Part shown: positions 39,026 through 52,339 of the stretch, one piece after another | Numbering within the stretch: position 1 is the stretch's first letter | How the letters are laid out: each line of letters opens with the position of its first letter | Source of the DNA: Heptranchias perlo | Taxonomy: Eukaryota | Direction: 5' to 3' | Length of the DNA: 64,000 nt | Assembly (NCBI RefSeq): GCF_035084215.1 | Contig: NC_090347.1 | Span: forward strand, 22,382,001-22,446,000 | Made by a program: the position numbers and the translations under genes | Notes under the pieces: model-generated | Database searches by the model: none | What the model was told of the DNA's origin: nothing | Seen by the model: the letters and a program-made list of their open reading frames with translations, nothing else

Positions 39026-39592
39026 ATAGACTATTAAACCTCTAATATTGTATTGCAGAGAATGTTTCAATATTTCATTAAAAAAATTTGTACCAGTAAA
39101 CACCTTTCTTAACACCTTAATAACATCTACAACATTGCTACAGTCAGACTGCAATGTATACTTTATCTGCTCCTGCTCATTGCAAAGGAAGTAAATATCA
39201 TTTATTTGATAAATGTTCTTAAATCCAGATCCCATATATTGAATAAAAGCCACATGTAACTCAAAAAAAAGAAATTCTGTAGGTGAAATTAAAAATAATA
39301 AGAAATTAAACTGGTTTGTCGCATATACATACTGAACATATATGACTGCTCAATGAAGAGCAACTCATGATGACAGCCAAACAGTACCTCTAAATGCACT
39401 CTCCATTGATACTCAGCAAATCAACCATAATCCAGGGAAAATTTACATAAAGACACTGATATAATTCTCCAATTGATATATTAACCAAGCTAAGAGAATG
39501 CATTTTTCACTTATTTCTGGTATTTTGGGAAATAAAAATTAGACCCAAAACACTTGAGATTTTTTTAAGCCTATAGATGATGCAGATACAGT

Positions 39593-40432
39593 ACAACAAC
39601 AACTTGCATTTATACAGCGCCTTTAACGTAGTAAAATGTCCGAAGGCACTTCAAAGGAGCATTAACAAACAAAATTTGACACCACATAACCACATAAGGA
39701 GATATTAGGACAGGTTTGGTTAAAGAGGCAGGTTTTAAGAAGCATCTTAAAAAAGGTGAGGTAGAGAGGCGGAGAGGTTTAGGGAGGGAATTCCAGGGCT
39801 TAGGGCCCAGGCAGCTGAAGGCACGGCTGCCAACGGTGGAGCGATTAAAATTGGGGATGCACAAGAGGCTAGAATTGGAGGAGTGCAGAGATCTGAGGGT
39901 TGTAGGGCTGGAGGAGGTTATAGAGATAGGGAGGGGCGAGGCCATGGAGGGATTTGAAAACAAGGATGAGTACTTTAAAATCGAGGCGTTGCTGGACAGG
40001 GAGGCAATGTAGGTCAGCAAGGACAGAGGTGATGGGTGAACGGAACTTGGTGTGCTTTGGGATACGGGCAGCAGAGTTTTGGATGAGCTCAAGTTTATGG
40101 AGGGTGGAAGATGGGAGGCTGGCGAGGAAAGCATTGAAATTGTGAAGTCTAGAGGTAACAAAGGCATGGATGAGGGTTTCAGCAGCAGATGAGCTGAGGC
40201 GGGGCGATGTTACGGAGGTGGAAGTCGGCGGTCTTGGTGATGGAACGAATATGGTATTGGAAGCTCGTCTCGGGGTTAAATAGGATGCAAGGTTGCGAAC
40301 GGTCTGATTCAGCCTCAGACAGTGGCCAGGGAGAGGGATGGAGTTGGTGGCTATGGAACAGAGTTTGCAGCGGGGACCAAAGGCAATGGCTTTGGTCTTC
40401 CCAATATTTAGTTGGAGGAAACTTCTGCTCAT
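39593..40432 (-). mobile_element. L2 LINE 3' portion
   Basis: FLQLNIGKT...AETLIHAFVTSRL...KLELIQNSAAR...SPITSVLADLH.LPVQQRLDFKVL.LVFKSLHGLAPPYL, with an (aac)n tail at 39593. Confidence 0.93.
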
Positions 40433-40433
40433 T

Positions 40434-40630
40434 GCAGTCGTGCGACCTGCTAGTGTACAACTTTTGCAGCCATGCGACCTGCTAGTTGCAACCTCTGCAG
40501 CCATGCGACCTGCTAGTTGCAACCTCTGCAGCCGTGCAACCTACTAATGTGCAACCTCTGGAGCCATGCAACCTACTAGTGTGCAACCTCTGGAGCCGTG
40601 CAATCTGGATAATGTGCAACCCCTGCAGCT
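40434..40630. repeat. 31-32-bp minisatellite, about 6 copies
   Basis: Unit gcagccatgcgacctgctagttgcaacctct, diverging along the array. Confidence 0.9.
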
Positions 40631-40876
40631 GTACAAGCTATTCAAATATGCAACCTGTAAGGGTACAAATAAAAAGGACATAAAACTGCAAATTCTGGAA
40701 ACAGCAGATCAGTCAACATTTGTAAAGAGAAGGCAGGTTAATGTATCTGGCGCAGGCTGTTCAGTGGAATGATACACTGTACAACCCGTGTCACTCTACA
40801 ATGTTATCCTGTCTTTTTACAAATGATGGCAGACCAGTTGTATATAGGGTTGCCAACTCTGGTTGGATGTATGGAT

Positions 40877-41270
40877 GAACAGAGAAGGTTGAGTGGAGAT
40901 TTGATAGAGGTGTTTAAAATCATGAAGGATTTAGACAGAGTGGATAGAGAGAAACTGTTTCCATTGGCGGAAGGGTCAAGAAACAGAGGGCATAGATTTA
41001 AGGTGATTGGCAAAAGAACCAAAGGTGACATGAGGAGAAACTTTTTTACACAGCGAGTGGTTATGATCTGGAATGCACTGCCCGAGGGTGTGGTGGAGGC
41101 AGATTCAATCATGGCCTTCAAAAGGGAACTGGATAAGTACTTGAAAGGAAAAAATTTGCAGGGTTATGGGGATAGGGCGAGGCAGTGGGACTAGCTGGAT
41201 TGCTCTTGCATAGAGCCGGCATGGACTCGATGGGCTGAATGGCTTCCTTCCGTGCTGTAACCGATATGAT
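40877..41270 (+). mobile_element. Canonical CR1 3' fragment (family B) inside the L2
   Basis: EQRRLSGDLIEVFKIMK..DRVDREKLFPL...RRNFFTQRVVMIWNALP...; very similar to 26030-26722. Confidence 0.93.
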
Positions 41271-41368
41271 CCAGCACTGGATGTCGGACAAGCAGTGCGA
41301 CAAATCAAAGGCAGTGGAGGGGTCGAGAGGTGGTGGTGAGGGAGAGCTGGGTGTCGTCAGCGTACATG
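41271..41368 (-). mobile_element. L2 upstream continuation containing YADD
   Basis: MYADDTQL...LSHCLSDIQCW, which rejoins MSR.FLQLN at 40432. Confidence 0.88.
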
Positions 41369-44129
41369 ACGTCGTGTTTTCTGATGTTAATCCTGAAAGT
41401 AACTGATGATCACAAACTGCCACACTTATGAATCCTGTCTGCACTTGATAAAACCACGGCCAAGGTGATTGACAAGTTTTTCACAAACAATGGGCAAAAT
41501 CGTAGAATTCGATCAGCAAACCACCGGTAAAAAGTTCTGGAATCCCATCCTGATAAAAAACAGAATTTGACTTATTTGTCATTGTAAATTCGTGTCCCTA
41601 ATTGTAAATACACTCCTCATAACATGGGTAAAAATTCTGGAATGGCATTTAATAAAAATAGCATTTGACTTATTCAGCCATGTTAATCAGTGGCTCTGGT
41701 CATAACTTTACATATCTCATGACTGATTTTCAATCTTGAAGTGTGAATTTATTAGGTTCTGGATCCTTATTTAATTAAACAGTCTTTACAAATAATATAA
41801 GCATTAAAGCAGTATATGATGGTATCACAGTAAGACACTAGAACTCAGTTTCATTCTGACATATGGAATTGAATATCAGCAACTGCTGGCTTTTGGAATT
41901 CAAACAGTTGCCAATTTAGCACATTCAATCTAACCACCTAGCTCACCCACCATGATCCTCTGCACCGTATGGGCTTTTATATGATGTGATGACACTTCAA
42001 AATTTTCCCGCTCATTAAACTCAATAATACCAGTTCTGACCAGGCATTAAATACTTTTTGGTTTGACTGTGTAACAGAGAAAAGCTGCATGAATTCAACA
42101 TTAATGAAAATTGGCTTTTTTTCTCATTTTTCACTAATGTTTATTGATCCGTATTTAGAAGGTTGGCAATCCTCAAAGCAGCACTAAACAAGGACAAAGG
42201 GTATCCAAGCACCCCCTAATATCTCTCTTTATTTACTAAAATTAACAATGGCAGGTATTTCGCCCCTTCGAAGCCCAAGGGAGGAAATAATATGAAGACA
42301 CAAAAACAATTGCTGCTTGGTTGCCAATGGGGTATCACAATTGCAAAAAGGGAACAAAAAGTGTCTACAAAATTAGTGTGCTGCCCAGCAACCATTTTAT
42401 AAAGAAGTTGGCCTATTCAAATCTGAATGTCCACATTAGATTAAAATTCCGATTGTTTCAAATAAATCTAGTCCGCTCAGAAGAATTCAGACCTGAAATT
42501 CAGTTCAGGGTTCTCTTTGAAAAATATGGAATAAATATGTTCAAATCTGCATGTGGTTACCTGCAATGCAAATAGCCTTGTTCGTGCTCAATAACAAAAC
42601 TCGCTGTGTATTTATTCTGTAGACTCAGTGTGAGATATTTGACTGTAGGATTAGAATCAATTCTTATGGAGGTTGAGAATGACTAAACGGTTTGCATATT
42701 CATTCCCTTAACCTTTTTGCTAACAGTACAAACAGAAAGGTACAATAGATCAATTTGCAATTGGTACTATGAGGCCACAGGATAAGATTCTGAGGGCTGG
42801 ATTTTCCTCTGCCTGCCAGAAACACGGAGGGGCAGGACCTCCACTCACCATGGGACAACTCAGCCAACTCATTTTCTCAGGGTGGGTCTAATTATTTATT
42901 CAGGATGGGTTTGGAGTGGGATAGTCATTCCTGACTGGCTTACCGCTGCTTGAATGGAGAGAAATACTATGCAGCTGCAATATGTAGATCGAGTTGTAAA
43001 TTGATATGTAAAGTGAGTTGTCTCAGTCTTCCGATGTTCTCCTATGATTGCTCAGTTACATCTCCAAAGTCACAAATGAGAGTTCATCCTTAAAAAGGGA
43101 AAAGTATTCCCTTTGTAACCCTCCTAGCTGCTGTTTCTCAACTTAATGGCCAGTCTCAAGAGCAGCCCGGCACCTCCAGCTTGACAACTCCTGCACCTGC
43201 CTCACCAACTGAGAGAAACAACTGCCCTTGGCTACGAAGCTTGGGGATCGTGATCTCAGGGGCACAGTTTTTCAAGAAAGAATGATATAGAATCATCAAA
43301 CTGGTGCATGCAGTGGAGACTGTTCCCATGTGTTGCAGATGGCGGATAAGTCGGAGAAGTCCACTACCTGTATCTGCAACACGATGAAGGAAAGTTTCCA
43401 GGCCATGCAGACCACTTTGGAGCATGTGGTGGTCTGGAAGAGATCTGTAGCTACAAGGCATCAGGAGGAGAATATATAGAGACAGTTGTGCTTCTGGAAT
43501 GGCAGCTATGCATTGATGCCAAGCAAAACAGCCTAAACAGTATCAATTTACAGCGCTTCCAGGGCTTAATTGGGACTACTCAGTTAGTTCTTCCACTGAC
43601 CAATAGCCCAAATGAGCCTGAGCCCAGCACCAGTGGACCACCAGTTGTGCTTACCTGTGAGGTTGCTGTCTTTCAGGACAGTGACATTGCTATTCCATCC
43701 CTCTGGCTCCCACTGATGCCAACACACAAGGGAGCTTTAAGCCAGGACCCAGCAACCTTTGTAAGCACAAGATAGAAGTAGCCAGAAGCGGGACTTCTGG
43801 GACTTTAGCCTCACTGAGACAATGTCACCTCAGTCCTCTATGTTTCAATAGAAATATCCCAGCCACCCACCTCTCAACCTTCCATCATTCAGGGAGCACC
43901 ATATAGAAGAGGTTAGGAATATGAGTTATCAAGGTATAAGGTACAAAGTGTAGACACAGCGGTAAGAAGTAGTGGCTAGATTTGCTATTATGTAAAGAGT
44001 AACATGTACATTTTTCAGCCAATAGTGTATCACCATTCATTTCTATGGTTATCCTGATCGACCGTCATAGCTTTGGCAGAAAGTTCCCCAAAATCCCAGA
44101 GCAATGGTGTAAATACCATCTACCTGGGA

Positions 44130-45023
44130 TTTTTTTTTTATTCGTTCAAGGGTTGTGGGCGTCGCTGGCAAGGCCAGCATTTATTGCCCATCCCTAATAG
44201 CCCTTGAGAAGGTGGTGGTGAGCCGCCTTCTTGAACCGCTGCAGTCCGTGTGGTGAAGGTTCTCCCACAGTGCTGTTAAGTGGGGAGCTCCAGGATTTTG
44301 ACCCAGCAACGATGAAGTGCATGTGGTGTTGTTCCCATGTGCCTGCTGCCCTTGTCCTTCTAGGTGGTAGAGGTTGCGGGTTTGGGAGGTGCTGTCGAAG
44401 AAGCCTTGTCGAGTTGCTGCAGTGCATCCTGTGGATGGTGCACACTGCAGCCACGGTGCGTCAGTGATGAAGGGAGTGAATGTTTAGGGTGGTGGATGGG
44501 GTGCCAATCAAGCGGGCTGCTTTGTCCTGGATGGTGTTGAGCTTCATGAGTGTTGTTGAAGCTGCACTCATCCAGGCAAGTGGAAAGTATTCCATCACAC
44601 TCCTGACTTGTGCCTTGTAGATGGTGGAAAGGCTTTGGGGAGTCAGCGGTGAGTCACTCACCACAGAATAACCATCGTCTGACCTGCTCTTGTAGCCACA
44701 GTATTTATGTGGCTGGTCCAGTTAAGTTTCTGGTCAATGGCGACCCACAGGATGTTGATGGTGGGGGATTCGGAGATGGTAATGCCGTTGAATGTCAAGG
44801 GGAGGTGGTTAGACTCTCTCTTGTTGGAGATGGTCATTGCCTGGCACTTTTCTGGCGCGAATGTTACTTGCCACTTATCAGCCCAAGCCTGGATGTTGTC
44901 CAGGTCTTGCTGCACGTGGGCACGGACTGCTTCATTATTTGAGGGGTTGTGAATGGAATTGAACACTGTGCAATCATCAGCGAACATCCCCATTTCTGAC
45001 CTTATGATGGAGGGAAGGTCATT
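44130..45023 (-). mobile_element. 5'-truncated CR1-group LINE (family A)
   Basis: MGMFADD...DLDNIQAWADKWQVTFAPEKCQ..., poly-T at 44130, and a short internal deletion near 44317 relative to sister copies. Confidence 0.93.
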
Positions 45024-45409
45024 ACCGTGAATCTTCTGCCAAAGTTATGGCATCAATTGAGAGAATCCCATGGAAGTTCAACTTCCATGTATGTTTGCTA
45101 CAGTATGTGGATATTTGTTGCTTCTGGTTGTACAGTGCGAGAATGACTTATTCCTGAAGGGAAAGAGTTTAGAAGCCTCAGGGTTCATAACTGGGCAATG
45201 GAGTGGGCTTACTTGGAGAATCATAGTCTTAGATGTTTTACACAAGTTAGCTTTATTGAAAGCAGTTGGTAATAATTTCCCAGCATCTCCTCTGAGCTGC
45301 TGGCAATTGGTTTTCATGAACCTCCTCATTTCTCTCCTTGGCAACCACTGTGTGATCTGACTATTTTGGGCCTGTTCCTTTATCCTATTCATTGCCCTCA
45401 TTCACATCT

Positions 45410-45980
45410 GAAAGGATTAAGCCTTTTTGAATTGCATAGTTATGCAGCATACAATAGGCCATAACTTAATAACGAGTTGAGTTCCACATGTCTCATTATA
45501 CCTTCTATCCCCTGCTGAGTGTGGATGCCTTCGAGCTCTCATCAGCCAGGGCTGCAGTGGTACCCCAGATCTCCAATCAAGCATCCGGATAGTGCTTTGG
45601 CTCATCAATGAACATAAAGCCAGTTATGGCAGCTTTCTGGGTAGTAGGCATTAATTAAGTGTTTGACATCAGCTGCACATTAATTGAATGGAACCCCTTC
45701 CTCTTTAGAAAATTGAGGGTATTCTCACAAAGAACGTTGATTGCTGCAATGGCATCCTGCACCTGGGGGAATCCTGTTAGTCTACAAAGGTTGATCACTT
45801 GCTCTCTTTGCTATGTGGGATCCATTCAGAATGTGATTAATGAAGACACCCACCTGAACAGAGCAACTGTAGCCTTCTTAATACAACGGCACACAGCTGA
45901 TATGACTGAGGTCACCCAAGGCTGCCTGGAAGGACCCAGTTGCATAAAAATTCAAGACTGTGGTTACTTTTACAGCTGTT
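45410..45980 (-). mobile_element. Decayed PIF/Harbinger transposase (best-preserved relic)
   Basis: AVKVTTVLNFYATGSFQAALGDL...GFPQVQDAI...FLKRKGFHSINVQL...PLQPWLM...RRYN...CMLHNYAIQKG, with stops and frameshifts. Confidence 0.9.
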
Positions 45981-48109
45981 GTTTAATATTATTACAAACA
46001 CATAAAAATAACAGTGAGGCTAATGGTGCTGGCCGTTAACTATGTGTAAATGGTACAACAACTGCCAATTAACCTCTCTGGCACTGAAAATTAACTATTA
46101 CAAATGTGGAGTTTCATTCCGTCAGGTTTTGAATTTTTTGGGGCAATTTTAAAAATGTCAAATTTTAAATTTAACATTTTTTTTCTCATTTTTCCTTTGT
46201 CTCTTTTTTTCTCCCTCTTAATCCATTCTTTCTTTCACTCTTTCTCTTTCTGTACTTGATTAGACATTGAATTCACCCCCTTTTAATTCATCCTCCTTCT
46301 CAATCTTTCCTGTGTTTATTTCCCAATCCTTAAAATCTCATTAGTTAAGGAAATACCCTGTTGGTTGCCCTGTTCACTCAGGTTCCATTTGCCCTGTTTC
46401 CCTCGCTGCGGAGTTATCAGCTCACACTTTCAGCAACTTAGTGGGGAAACATTGTGTGAGCTGAAGGGTGCAGGGGCAAGTTTAACGAATGGCAGATGCC
46501 GTTAGATGCCCTGCTACTGCAAAATCTGGCCCATTATAACAGTACAGTACTAGCTTAGTAAGTCCTGTCGAGTGGGTATCTGTTTGTTAATATTGTGGAA
46601 CTGCAACCAGTGGCACATGCAATTATTTTGAAGTTGTTGTTCATAACTTTGTTTCTGGCTGCCATTCCTTCCCCAGTGGGTAATGAAGCTCTGCAGAGGA
46701 CAACAAACAAAAGACCACATCACTGCCCTGTATGAGCAAACTGAGTAGTTCAGTCCATTGATGGCACATAAAATGGCTGGCTGCACCTCTAATTTATATT
46801 TATATTAACATTGGAGAGGGCACTGCCTCCAGAAGTGCCCATGAAAGCCATCTCTATACATACGTACAGAACTCTCAAGAGGTAGCTATGCCACATTGTC
46901 TACTTTACTGCACTGCTGTTGAAGTTAGAATTGCTTTGAGTGGTACTACCAAATGTCAAATGCAACAATAATTTCATTTCGATACAGCCATTGAGTTCTA
47001 AGACCTGATTGAAAACTAGCCCCAGAAGTGACTTGTGTTGAACAGTGTCAAGGTGGGGAAGAAGAAGCTGTGCTCATCTCAATGGATCAATAGAGATTGT
47101 CTAATGCAAACCATTTAGTACTAATGGCATGTTGTACTTCAGAATCACTTTAGGAAGCAGTTCTGCACTATCGGCTCAGGTCCAGGGTGTGTTGTAGAAA
47201 CTGCCTCATTTATATTGCCTGATGGTTTCTACAGCAGCTGCTTGGACATGTGCAATTGTTTTTAACTCTCGGTACCTAACTATGTATCCAGCCCACACAC
47301 CTTCTTCAAAGACTGGGGAACAGATGGACAAGCCAGTGAGCAAGAAAGCACTTTTCTGGTCTGTAAATACCTTCCCCCAGTCATTGGGAGAGCAATCCTG
47401 CTTGTCACCAACCATAAAAGAAATCTGACTTCATCTTCAATGGCCAGACCAGTTTCTGCTTATGCTGCATTTGGGAACATTACTGCTTTTGGAGATCACT
47501 GCAGAAACTAGCAGTTGATTTTCATCTGGACTGCCTGGGTATAAAGTATCGCTTGGGCAGGATGCGGAGAAGAAAATTGGACAGGAAGGGTTAGACGCCT
47601 GTAAAAACACATGCGGTTTTCCTGTAATTAATTTAAATGGAAGGAAAATCAGGCAGGCTTCGTTATGGGCATTATGTCCAGGCTGTCCAGATAAAATATC
47701 TACCCTGCTTCTTGTAGTCATGTGTATGGCCTTTGAAAACAGATGATCTGCCTTGCCTACCAACCCATATTTCTGCTAACACTGGGGCCGCTGTTGGAAG
47801 CAAGCTGGTAAAATAAATGAGGTACCTGCTGTAAGCCTGGGAATACAACTTTTATATACAATATAAAGCCTCTGACTGAATGGGGCCTTTTTTTTTAAAT
47901 ACAACTCATTCTGTATTTTACCTTGGAAATTATGCATTGGTGATAAAGGCATCTGCATTCGGCATCAATTTTATAAAATAACATTTTAAAGGAGCTCATT
48001 AAAATACTGATCATTGTATTTATATTATTTCCCGCAGCTCCACAATGTTGTCTGCTTGAGTGTTCACAAAAGGTCCACTGGTTCTGGTTTCAGAGTTCCT
48101 TGAAATAAT

Positions 48110-48257
48110 GGGGATGAAATTGGTCTTGAAAATTGGCGATTCAGCAGCCCATTTTACACCCCACCCGACTTTCCACCATTGACTTCAATAGAAAAGAAAA
48201 TCGTCTGGGTGTATAATGGGCTGACGATTCACTAACTCCGAAGACCAATTTCACCCC
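48110..48257. mobile_element. Palindromic MITE, PIF/Harbinger type
   Basis: TIRs ggggatgaaattggtctt / aagaccaatttcacccc, inner arms cagcccattttacacc / ggtgtataatgggctg, central ccattgacttcaat, and AAT on both sides. Confidence 0.8.
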
Positions 48258-48399
48258 AATTGTATCTCTATCTATACATTAATCCAAATTATTGTCATTA
48301 CTAGACATGAAACCTGTAAAGAGTTGCCCATAAAAGAGATCCAATAAAATTAAGAAAGTAGAAAAAAAACTGTCAATTGAAGCAGTTCAAAATGATATG

Positions 48400-49400
48400 A
48401 GGAACTTGGAAGAAAGCTACAAAGCAAGGCCTCAAGACTATTATCCTCATGAATTCTATCTGAGCCAAAAATTAAGCCAGCAAGCCAGAGGAAAATTAGG
48501 CAGCTAAGTGTGTGGTTGGAAAAATGGTGTAGGAGAAACGGTTTCAAGTTTGTGGAGCATTGGGACCAGTTTTGGAACATGATGTGACTGTATGGGGGGG
48601 GGTGGGGGTGGAATGAAATTGTATTTAAGAGTTTGAACTCGCAAGGTCAGGGGTGAAATGGAAAAACTTACCTTGGAGCACGTGGGGTTTGGGTTATGAA
48701 TAAGTTTAGTAAAAAGCAGAGCAGTCTAAAAATAGTAAGGGAGGAGGTCGGGAGGGAGTCTTTGGAAAGATGCCCCCTTATGTCAGCTAGGAGAGAGCTT
48801 AAGGAGGACAGTGAAGGACAGAACAAGAAAAGAGAGAAGGGAAAATGGTACAGGGTAGTATAAATGGGTCAAGGTTGCAGCTTTTATATGCAAATGCACA
48901 AAGCATCAGAAATAAAGTTGGGGAACTAGAGGCATTAATTAGAATGGAACGATATGTTGATGCCTTGATAGAAACTTGGCTTCAACCAGAATGGGACTGG
49001 GAACTGAATATTTTTGGAGAGGTGGAGAACGCAAAAGGGGAAGAGGAGTGGCTTTCTTAATTAAGGACAGAATTATAGCCATAGAAAAGTTTTAAAATTG
49101 ATGACAGTGGTCAGACTCTGTCCAGTTTGAGTTAGAAAATAATAAGTGATATGTTATTGTGTTGGAAGTACGTTATAACGAGATTGCAGATGTGATTTGC
49201 AGACAATTTAGAAAGGTTTGCAGGAGCAATAGTCATAATAACAGGGGAATTTAAATATCTTAAATTAGAGTGGGACAAGAAACATTTGTTATCAAAGAAT
49301 GCATTCAGGAGTGTTTCCTTAATCAGTATGTTGCATGTCCAACAATGAAGATAGATTAATGCAGCAAATAATACAAAACTTAAATATGTACCCAGAAGCA
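48400..49400 (+). mobile_element. Old CR1 relic spanning ORF1 esterase end and ORF2 endonuclease start
   Basis: IRQLSVWLEKWCRRNGFKFVEHWDQFW (SGNH-esterase-type CR1 ORF1), then LYANAQSIRNKVGELEALI...ETWLQPEWDWELNI (APE N-terminus). Confidence 0.85.
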
Positions 49401-50985
49401 TGTTGGGTGATAAAATTAGGAGTCTAATGGTGTTGGATGCAATGTTTTATGGTAAAGATCTATCTGTAAAATTAATGAAATCCACCTTTCACTGTAGGGT
49501 GTTCTTTCACTAATTAAAGTACCAGTTTAGCAAAAACCTCTGATTTCATGAATAATGTTGGAATTGATAGTAATCGCTGCCTCTTTGTTCAATTTCCTTT
49601 TACCCACCACAGCGACTGAGAAAGGGATACTAAGCAAATCTATGGCTCATATCCCATGTGGCATTTCTAATTACCCAGTATGCTGATCAACAGGGACTTC
49701 CCCACTGTGTTTCAGTGTATCTAATGCTGCTAGAAATGTGGAGCCATTCTGAGACCAAGACTCATTTAGAGTGAGGACGCTTTTCAAAACCCAGTCAGAT
49801 GCAATATCCCACTGACATTCTTCTCTCATTACAACAAAACCTTTGTTGTTAGCGCCTCGCTCCTGCTGCACTGTTTTACATACACAGTCAGCAGGGCCGC
49901 ATTGAGCTTTTCTAGTCTTAAGAGCATTAGCTGAACAACCTGTACATCATAAAGAACACCTGCATGGGAAAAGTGCATTGTATCCATGTGGATCTCATAC
50001 TGTAAAAATGAATGACAGTATGATGAACTAGACTATCAAAACAAAACAAAGGTCAAAAATGCAATGTATTATACTATCATTGGAGTTACAACAGTTTTTC
50101 AAGTCAAAAAAATAAAGTGTAAAATTTGTAAATGCTTGATGAATATTCTCAACCACACCTTCAAGGTATCCACTTGTATATCCACTAAGAATTACTTAAG
50201 ACTCCTAGATTTGACTAGTTCCTTTAAAGGCATATACTTTGGTCATAATCATTTAGCTTTTTATTCATTTATTTTCAAACACATAACTTTAAAAATATAT
50301 TCACCTTATGAACATGACAGCTTCAGATCTGAAACATAATTGAAAAGAACAGATTTAAAAAAAGAATTCCAAGTATTTATGCTTTTACAGAGTCACGCCA
50401 ATTCTATGTGTTGAGTATATCTTATTGTGCATCCTTCCAAAATCAACTGGAATTTGGGAATGAACATTGTAATCAGGAAGATGAGGGCTCTGTTGTATTA
50501 AGAAATTGCTACATATTAAAGCTGAGACTAAAATAGGCTGCAGATGAGATTTGTTTTGGGGCAGGTTGCTGACGTGATTTGTGGATAAGGAAAAGCTGTT
50601 GTACTTTGCTTATTAAAGATATTTACTAAGATGGGAAATCCCATCTAGGCTTAAGAGATTGTTTATAATAAGCTACTGCCCAAAGATGTCTTACATGCAG
50701 AAGGCAAAGTGAGTACAACACAAATCAATTCAGTACTGTCTTTTGATGTTTCTGTTTGCTTAGTTCAGGAAAATTATTTCTTAGATTCTTGCATTTTAAA
50801 TTGCAATGTATTATGGTTTTATATTAATCATTCTGGTTTTTGTTTTATTATAGTTGTCCCCTCTATTTGAACACCATCTCAAAAATCAAGATGAAACAGA
50901 ATTAGTGAATTCTATATTCTAACTGCTGCTTCCTATGTAAGGGAAGGATGATTTAATTAACAATTGCTATCGTCGTGCAGAACTT

Positions 50986-52250
50986 GGCCTCAAAATTCAA
51001 TCGCGCCCAAAATCGGGGCAGGTTGCCAGTGTGAAATTGGTGCTAGGACCTCATCATAATGCAGCAGGCCTGCAGCCAACGTGACCTACGCTATTCATTG
51101 GCTGCACGCCTTTTTGAGGGGGCCAGAAATCGGGCTTGACTGGCAACCAGCAGCTCTTAAAGGGGAGGTGCACTCTGGCTGCAGACAGAAAGGAACACAA
51201 AGGAAGTAAGAAATGGCTGGGAAAAGCATTGAAAGGGCAACCAGATTCTGTGATGCAGCCCTGGAATCCCTGGTACAGGCGCTAGACAGCAGTAGAGAGA
51301 TCCTCTTTCCGCCATTGTGAAGAGATGGCTGAGTAGGTCAATGCCAGGAGACTACCTCCCAGGACATTTCTGCAATGCAGAAAAAAGTTTAATGACCTCA
51401 GCAGAGTTGTTAAGGTAAGAATCTTACCTCTCACCTCAACTACCCTCTCTTCACACCTGCACCATCTACAGCACTACTACTCACAATATTCCCTCCCCCC
51501 GCTTCCCTTCACACTCCTACAATCACTGTACCACACTTCACTCCACCTCCAACTCCCCTACTCTGCACGTCCTACACTCGCCACTATTCCAACCCTCACT
51601 TCCCCACAGCTCAGATCTGACACACTGCAGAAAAGCTTTTCTATCACAACAGGCACATACTCCAACCACCTCACAAGAGTTCCACGAACAATCTCTTCTT
51701 TCTTCTTCTCACGATCTGAGACAAGACGCCGCAACTGGAGGAGGCAGAGCCCGCCTCTACTCATTGTCTCCTCTGGAAGAAAACGTGCCGGTTGGAGAGT
51801 CATGGCAAATGTTTTCACCAGACACTTATTTCTTTTCTCTCCCTTTACACCACAAGCTAACCCTTGTCCCTCTGTTTCATTTCGGGTGCAGAAAATGTGG
51901 AAGCTCTTGTGCCACTTCAGAAAGGAGGCCAGCCTTCCTGAAGATGCAGCAACACTCGAGCCGACCCTAGCAAGCACCCAGCTCAGAGAGGGGCACTACA
52001 CATCCTTTAAAGGGTAGGATAGAGGAGGAGTCTTAATGGAATGGATCACGAGGCACAAGTGTCTTGTAAGTGCCACACAACCAGCTGGGCCAGACTGCCC
52101 CGGCACACACCAGATGCTGCCATCTGCAGACAGGCCCTTGAGGCCCAGAGATGCTCGAGGTCACCCACCACGGCCATCTGATGTGTCCTCAATGGAAGCT
52201 CAGCGGAGCTGTAGCCACAAGTTTATAAAAGATACTTTGTCAAGGCTAGT
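50986..52250 (+). mobile_element. Harbinger element remnant with Myb/SANT-like DNA-binding gene (disrupted)
   Basis: ATG at 51213: MAGKSIERATRFCDAALESLVQALDSSREILFP / ..E*VNARRLPPRTFLQCRKKFNDLSRVVK|gtaaga (exon ends 51414). A downstream ATGGG...LSPLEE motif and a ggcctcaaaatt terminus are present. Confidence 0.82.
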
Positions 52251-52339
52251 ACTATTTATGCTGAGGATTGAGGTTTCCTTTGGGAGGAAATTAGTACCAG
52301 CTAAATAAGAATGGTTTGGATTTGTTCATGTTTGGTGTG

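Noticed and set aside
40434-40630. CRISPR-like periodic array
   Set aside because: Units are contiguous with no unique spacers, in a eukaryotic context; it is a minisatellite.
42790-43900. Possible further Harbinger Myb-region remnant
   Set aside because: Only a terminus-like gggctggattttcc and low-complexity translation; no diagnostic motif.
47206-47763. Cluster of overlapping short ORFs with a minus-strand acceptor near 47600
   Set aside because: All frames close quickly and no protein similarity is recognisable; at most a non-coding exon.
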